Positions 55,914 through 64,000 of a stretch of 64,000 nt of DNA are shown here, one piece after another. Origin of the DNA: Eledone cirrhosa (Eukaryota). A program made the position numbers and the translations under genes. Within the stretch, counting starts at the first letter, position 1. The number at the start of each line of letters is the position of its first letter. Location of the stretch: the NCBI GenBank assembly GCA_964016885.1, contig OZ024740.1, positions 237,894,001 through 237,958,000 of the forward strand, given 5' to 3'. A model generated the notes under the pieces. That model was not told the DNA's origin. It made no database searches and saw only the letters and a program-made list of their open reading frames with translations.

Positions 55914-56530
55914 TAAATTTAGTCCTTCATCAGTGATCTTCCAACCTTCATTGGTATTTCATCGCTTTAAAGACCATATACCTCCGGTTGGTGCGAGCAA
56001 CGGCTAAAGAAAGTCATTGGGACACGTAAATAAGGTGAACGAGCGAGACTGTAAACAATCAAAGATGGTAATGCAACGAAAAGTGATGAAGAAGGAGTCA
56101 AGTCCCAGAATTCGATGAATATAAGTTCTGTGAAATCGTGGACGAGAGAGAATAAAGACCATCAAACCTAGTCAAAATGTGACCAAGGAAAGAATTTCGC
56201 ACAGGTCAAACGGGAGGAAGAAGGAGTCTATCCCTGAATTCGGTGAACATACTTCTGTGAAATCGTAGACGAGAGAGAAAAAAAGGGAACAACCAACCTG
56301 GTCAAAGTGTGCTAGAGGAAAGAATTTCGCACAGGTCAAACGGGAGGAAGTGGGAGAGGGAGTAGCAGAGAGTGAGTGAGTGAAAGGTGAGGAAGAGGCT
56401 AACAGAGAGAGTGACTGTTAGAGGGGGTAAAGGGAAGTGAGAGATACAGAGAAAGAAGAAGCAGTAAGAATGAAAAAGACGGATCACGGCGGAGGAAAAT
56501 ATATATGTGTGAATATGAAAACAAGACGTG
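55910..56530. repeat. (TA)n-bounded block with a ~120 bp diverged direct repeat
   Basis: ~56105-56220 resembles ~56233-56350 (TTCTGTGAAATCGT...GGAAAGAATTTCGCACAGGTCAAACGGGAGGAAG). Confidence 0.6.
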
Positions 56531-56551
56531 CTGCGTGGTTGCAAATGGGTT

Positions 56552-56625
<74 letters not shown>

Positions 56626-57402
56626 ACAAACACATGGTAATAAATTATATATTAATAGCTAATGCATTAATATGAAAAAAGTATTTGGTGGAATTTATTT
56701 GTAAACAACAATTGAAAAGGAACAAAATATATGAATGAATCCACTGCCTAGAAGATAACCTTATATCTCGTATTTACATTGTAAACATTATAACTATATC
56801 ATAAAGAGGCTTACTCTGTTGAACACTGAAATTAGTAACAAAATAAAAACAAAATAGAAAAATTAACTAAGGCACTTAACAATGGGAAGCTGGAAAATAA
56901 TAAATGTATTCTTCAATATTTCAGCTTTAACAAGCAATTATTTTGAGCTGGGAATTGGAAATGGACATAAATTCTAAACAACATTTCACATTTTATTAAA
57001 AGTTTTCAGTTCAAGATGTATGCTTGTTAAAGTTGAAATATTTAACAATACTTTTATATACAAATATTTTTTTCCAGCTTGCCATTGTTACGTAGCAATT
57101 GTTATTACATTCGTGTTTCTACAGTAAAATGACAATAACTCTAGTAAATTACATACTCTGCGAAGTGTTTTAGCTATAATTTCAAGGAGTTCATTTCAAC
57201 ACTGGCCTTACATGTATTTTTATTAAATCTTATTTAATAGTTTGGAAGTAAAGCTGTTATTTTTTTTATTAGTGATGTTTAATCAACCTATACATACCCT
57301 TCATGCCCTAAAATGGGTTGACATTTGCCTATTGGAAAAGACAAGTCCAACCTCTACAAGTATGGAAAAATGATTGTAAATAGTATGAGTTCAAATACAT
57401 AC

Positions 57403-57460
<58 letters not shown>

Positions 57461-57488
57461 TATATATATTTATTATATATATTTATAT

Positions 57489-57539
<51 letters not shown>

Positions 57540-57565
57540 TATATATATATTATATATATTTATAT

Positions 57566-57596
<31 letters not shown>

Positions 57597-57795
57597 TATA
57601 TATATTTATTATATATATATTATATATATTTATATATATATATTTATATATATTATATATATATATATTTGTGGGAGGGGGGATAGATTATATGAATCAG
57701 CTTTTTTAGGTTTTTTAGGCAACTTCCAGTTATATACACACATACATACATTCATACTTATGATTATAAATATATATGTAAGTATGCACACGTAA

Positions 57796-57865
<70 letters not shown>

Positions 57866-58974
57866 TTATCATGTTTACCCAGTTGTAAAGCCATACTGCT
57901 TTATTGCAGCCTGGGGGGAGGGGGGTTTCTCCTTCAGTAGTTTCAGTAGTTTCAGTAGTTTCTAGAACATTTATAAATTCCTTCGACTGAACCAGAGAAC
58001 TACACACTTTGAGTCTGAATAGCGAGATTTTATTATCAGAAACAAAACATATTATATTCACATGAAAGAAGTTTTTTCCCTTGATGGAATCTTCAATGAT
58101 TCTACATATTAGGTGAGGGAATATTTACTGAAAAAAAAAAAAAATTAACGAACTAGCAAATGAATAATGTGATTTTATTCATGAAATACGATTCTGTAAG
58201 CCTTGTAATGAATGGAAAAATTCCAAAACAAAATAGAAATGCTTATCACTAGCAAAAAATGGCAAACAGTTTCATTGTTCTCGCAAAGGTAATGTTTAAA
58301 TATCATCAAATTTACCTTTGCAAGGAGTCACTTGTGTAGTTGTGACATATGTAATGGTGAACTATTGGGAAATTAATATCTGATTATGCTTAATAATTAT
58401 TTCTTTTTCACTGTTACAATAGTTTTTCCATCAGTACCATTCTTACATTAACTTTGGTGTGATTCAAAGAAAGACAGACAGAGAGACAAGATCAGAGAGA
58501 GCATGTGATCCCATGATAATGATAGAAATGTAGACATTTATTGATATTCTCTATGGAAACAATACAATATAGAATACATTTCATGTCATTCCATATCTAT
58601 ATCTCTTTGTGTGGCATTGTTAGTTATTACTTCTTTTTCACTAAATCACCTGAATAGTTTGCTACAGAAAAAAAAGTATAAACTGTCGCATTACTGATGA
58701 ATGATATACTCAATGGAATTAGTTTGAGGCTACTTAACTATCCTGAATATGGTTTTTAAATTTGCTTTAAATTATTATTCAATGCTCTACTAGCAACCAA
58801 ACACACAGAGTACATCAGTAAAAGAAAACATTATCAGTTTCATATACAAAATTCAAGATATTATATTTACCCATAAAGATTTTGTAGTTTTTCATATACT
58901 TTCATCCTCTTTGTTCTACTATACTGGGAATATCTTTTTGTTACAGTCAATTTTTAAAGAATGTATCAATGGTT

Positions 58975-59345
58975 TTGGACAGCAGTAGGTTAGCAATTAA
59001 TTAACTGTTTTTAAACAGTATTTTGGCAATTTTTTAGCAGCAATTTAGCACTTCTCTAGCAGTTATTTTCCAATATTTTAGTAGTCCTTTCATTGATATT
59101 TTAGTAGTCTTTTAGCTTGCTTTTAGCAGCAATTCAGAAATATTTTAGTAGCAATTTGCACTTCCTTTAACATTTGAACAGTCTTTTAGCAGTCTTATCA
59201 TTGGTTCTTTAGTAGTCTTTTAGTAGTATTGCAGCATCTGTTTAGCAGTCTTTTAACAGTATTTTAACTGTTCTTTTAAAGTACTTTTAATGGTTCTTTA
59301 GCAATGTTATGGTAGTAATTTAGTACTTCTTTATGCACTTCTTTT
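58975..59345. repeat. Degenerate minisatellite (TTTTAGCAGTC-like)
   Basis: Recurrent ttttagcag/ttttagtag motif at short intervals. Confidence 0.6.
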
Positions 59346-60284
59346 ATGTCAGCTAGCGATATAGTGTAGTAACTGTTCTATACAAATATATGTCAGACAA
59401 TGGCACATTGTAGAGACTGTATTGTAGGTCCAGTGTGCCTTCTACACACTGTGCTGCATGTACTGTATGTACTATGTTGTATATTTTGAATGTATAGTAT
59501 GTACTGTATGTACCATTTGTACTGTACATCCTATATGTGGTACTTCATGAATGTTTAACCAAAACTATATATCTAAATGTCCAGCAGTAAAAGTGTTAAA
59601 CATGTATAGATCAAGTAGATTAAACAAAACTTCTCTTCCACCTTTATTTTATTCCTATATTTAGTTTCTCTTTATCTATTTATCACTTTATCTACTTCCT
59701 TGTTCATTGAGTCATATCTTGTCAACTAAATTTGCCATGGAAATCTCCATAAATACAATTTCTTGTCTTGTGCTTGAGAAAACCTATATAATAATTTCTG
59801 TATTTCTCTAAAATTTAGCTAGGGGCTGCCACTAACAGATGGAGAAACAAATCTTATTGACTCCACAAACTACAAGAAATCTCTCAAAGTAGATTCCAGA
59901 ATGATCCATCTATAAAACTTCCTGAATTATTTATCTTTCTTTTATGTTTTCTCGTTAGAACCAGCTTTGTGTGTATATATATATAGCTGTACAGCAATAG
60001 ATTTACATAGAATATATGCTTTTGTTTGTTTATTTGCCAGTATAGATTTTCATTGACAACAGATGGAATTGAACATGTGTATGTGTGTGTGTGTATGCGT
60101 GTGAATATGTGTGTGAGTGTACATGTATATATTTACACACACACATATATAGATGCACACACACATGCACATACACATATATATATACACATATATGTAT
60201 GTTTAGAAACAAATAAATACACACGCACATACACACACACACATACACCCCCACACCCTCATACACACACACACACACACACAC

Positions 60285-60348
<64 letters not shown>

Positions 60349-60638
60349 TTGTTTCCAAACAGGCATATACAAGAATTACGTTTATACACAGACATACACA
60401 AACTGCCATACACATAGACAAAACCCAGTCAGAGTTACACACACTTATACACACATACAAACACGCCTGCATACTCACAAATATGTATTTATATTGAGGG
60501 AGAGAAAGTAAGATGAAATCTTTTGCATTATAAAGGCAGAAATATTGATAATAAATTCTGCTGTAAGGGGTGTTTATTGAATTGAAGTATAGTGTTAATG
60601 ATGGTAATAATAATAGTAATAATTATTATTATTTATTG

Positions 60639-60678
<40 letters not shown>

Positions 60679-63183
60679 TTTCTTTATTAACCACAAGGGT
60701 TTACATAAAGTAGACATTAAGGACAGTACAGGACAATACAGGACGGTACAAATGGGTATTTCTACGTGTAAAAAAAAACAGAGGATGTAATAAAAAATAA
60801 CAATGAAAAATTCCCCAATAGGGGGGGAGACTTCCGAGGGACATTTGTGGAGAAAGCTCATTAAAAGGCCACAGTGACCCTGACCACCAGGGCAAGTGCC
60901 CTCTCCCAGTTTTCCACCTTTAATTTACAGACACATACTCAGAGTAGGCCCATTCACTCGAGCCATACTTGCTTCTCTCACCCATCTTTCAACAAAATGC
61001 TGGGAAGAGAGCACTTCCCTCTCTACCCTGATTTTCCTTTTCAAATGAAATTTGAAAAAGTTAATCAGTGCATCACCGAAGAGGTAAGTGCTCGTCTTCA
61101 GCCCTTTCAAACGTGCCCACCATACTATCTCTTTCGCCATGGCCACCAGACAGATAAAAACTGCCTGCCCTTCCCAGCTAAAGGAAGAGGGCGGGTCAAT
61201 CCTCATGATGGACTCAGCTGATAGCTGGATCCGTCCTACACGTGACAGCAGGTGTTCGACATAAACCCACAAGTCAGCAATGCTCGGACACTGGACGAGT
61301 GAGTGCAGGATGGTTTCGTCGCCCTGCGCGCATCTCGGACATGCCTGGCTAACGGCACCTCCATGCCTGTAGAGTTTATCCCGAACTGGCAAAGCTCCTC
61401 GGTAGCACTGCCAGGCCAGGGATTTCTGGAAGTTGTCAATAGGCCCCGGCCCGAAAGTCCTTCCGAAGAGATTGGCTAGTTGATTTTCGTCGACGCCTAG
61501 AGTTTCCGCAAGTACGTCGTCGCTCTTCCCCTCCACTAATCCCCTATAGAACGCCAAGGTGGAGTTTCCACCGATCACATTGCCCGATTGGTCGAGGGCT
61601 GTGAGCGCCTGAAGACATTCCAGTCTCCAAGCGCTCCATCTCGGTCTTCGCTTGACCCAGGACTGCAGCTCCGTCAAGAAGACGAGCTGGGGAAAGACGT
61701 GTCTAGCAAACGGCGACCACACCTGATCACCGTCGAGGAATAGGTGGAGATGTCGTAGCCTGAGCGCGTGTCTGCGCATCATCAGCCACAGCATGCCCAG
61801 CCCTCCAAAGTAGCGGGTGTTGACAACAGATGGACCGCCTGACCATCGGAGCGCGTCTCTTCCACAAAAAGCGAAAGAGCAAACGCTCCAGCGCAGTCAG
61901 GCGGGGCTTAGGACAAGGTACGACGGTCAGGCGGTAGTAGATGACGGACGCGATGTACGCGTTAGCCACCTCCGCTCGACCTTTCAGGAATAGCTTCCTC
62001 TCCTCCCATTTCTGGGTGAGAGAAGCCACCCTGCTCGTCACCTCGTCCCAGTTTTTGTCCGTCTGGAGGTCCGGACCGAACCAGACCCCTAGCAATTTAA
62101 CCGGTCCGTCCGTCCAGTGCTCGACGACGCTGTTGGACGGCATGGGCCTGCCTCTCCAGGTGCCGAGCTGCAGGCCCACCGACTTTTCCTGGTTGATTAT
62201 TGCTCCTGTCACCGCTTCGTATTCTCTTAGTGTAGTGCCGATCGCCTCGATGTGTTTGGCGTTCGACACCACTACGGTGACATCGTCCGCATATGCTGAC
62301 ACGGATCTTCCACAACCTAGTTTGCGCGGGAACCCCCTCAACATCTCCAGTTTGTGCAGTAATGGCTCGAGAGTCACTACGTACAAGAGGGATGAGAGGG
62401 GACATCCTTGGCGCACCGAGCGCATGATGTTGAACGGTTCTGAAAGGTGACCGTTCACTCTCACTACAGAGCAGATGTCGCTGTGCATGGCAGCGATCCA
62501 GCCACTGAAGACGGGCCCAAAGCCAGCCACCCTCAGGACTGCTGCTAGATAATGATGGTCAACCCTATCGAAAGCTTTCGACTGATCTAAATTGATCAAG
62601 GACCCACCCGTGCCAGGTTCCCTAGCTACCCTCTCCATGATGTATAGCATGAGGTGGAGGTTGTCGTAGATGGATCTGCCTGGAATGGCGCCTGTCTGCA
62701 CCTCTCCCACCAGACCACTAACGACAAACGCCAACTTCTTTGCTAGCACCTTGGCCAAAATATTGAACTCTGTGTTTAGCAGAGTTATGGGCCTGAAATT
62801 ATCTATGTTATCCCCCTTGTTCGGATCCTTTCTCAGCAACGCCACCGCTCCTTGGCTCACAGAGCTGGGAATTCTCCCGTTCTGTTACCAGTTGCAGTAG
62901 ATGTCCGCCAAGAGGCCTCCAAACAAGTCTGGCATCTGTACGTAAAGTTCATAGGACAGACCATCCAAACTAGGCGATTTTCCCCTTGTGCAACCAGTCA
63001 TTGCCTCCCGTATTTCAGCTGCTGTTATCAACTTTTCGCAACACTCCACCTCAGTGGCCGAGAGCCACGGCAGTCCGTTGAGGTAGGCACTAAAGTCCAT
63101 CCCTCGATCCGGCCCGCCGCTGCCCCCAAACAGCTGAGCGAAGTGTTGCTGATAAGCTTCACACATTTGCCCGGGATCGAGTA
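60679..63183 (-). mobile_element. 5'-truncated Tx1/L1-type LINE (related subfamily), RT + zf-RVT
   Basis: ORFs 61727-62860 (DQSKAFDRV, AYADD) and 60925-61794 (CPRC..HSLVQC); 3' AATAAAGAAA followed by (TTA)n. Confidence 0.9.
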
Positions 63184-63232
63184 GCATGCAATAACAGCAA
63201 CAACAACACAGAAGCAGTGGTGGTGTTGGTGT

Positions 63233-63270
<38 letters not shown>

Positions 63271-64000
63271 GTAGTAGTAGTAGTAGTTGCTGCAACATCA
63301 GCACCAGTAGCAGTAGCAACAGTAGTAATAGTAGTAGTAGCAATAGTTTTTTTCCTTCCTGGTCCCAAGAACCCATAAATGCAATACAAAACATGTTTAT
63401 AAATGAGTTACACAATGTGTAGGCAGTGTAGATATATATAATATACAAGATGTAGGGAAAAAATGTAATACAATAAATTGAAACAAGCTAAACATTTAAG
63501 ATAAATCCAACAAGGGTAACCTACCCACACAAAGGTGAGAAGCAGACATTTAGCCTTAGTAAATCTCAGTTTCATAGTCCCTTAGCTGTCAGTAGACTGC
63601 TGACATTGTCTTCTCCAACTGTCCATCCTCTTGAAGCTCCTGGTTTATATATCTCAACCCCATCTTGTTCTCAATCAAAGATTGAAAGAATGGTCCTCCA
63701 TCTGTTTCGATAATTAGTGTTCCAGTTGTTTGATAAATAGAACAGTCTGTTCATGTAATTAACATGTAAATAGCTGAGCATTCCATAATACTCTGGGGGA
63801 TTCGGTGTGACCCTGTGTGATATGGCTGGCCCTTTGAATTACAAGTATATTCCATCCAAGGAGCTTCCATGCATTTTTCATCTTCCCACTTTCACTCATA
63901 AGGCTTGGGTCAACCTGGAGTTATGGTAAACGACACTTGCATAAGATGCCATAATGTAGGATTGAATTCAGGACTTAATAATTGCAAAGTTAACTTCTTA

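Overview
AT-rich, microsatellite-dense animal genomic DNA. The SINE/RTE repertoire and the (TA)n, (GATA)n, (CAT)n load suggest a mollusc, probably an octopus (inference). I cannot support any host protein-coding gene. Almost all real coding signal comes from decayed transposons: Penelope-like elements (PLEs), RTE LINEs, Tx1/L1 LINEs, an R4/Dong-like fragment, a DD37D mariner, a non-autonomous LTR element, a Helitron, MITEs and tRNA-derived SINEs. The dominant structure is a ~40 kb imperfect palindrome: left arm ~15453-36461, a 1.9 kb spacer, right arm ~38397-55858. A 36-bp fold-back hairpin with 3-nt microhomology sits exactly at the inner junction. Arm identity is patchy, and several insertions occur in only one arm, so the other arm gives their empty site. 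Also notable: about a dozen minimal hammerhead-ribozyme motifs in PLE terminal repeats, ORF-less fold-back PLE-tail elements in (TA)n, and a Tx1-type LINE flanked on both sides by (GATA)n. Coordinates were read by eye and may be off by a few bases.
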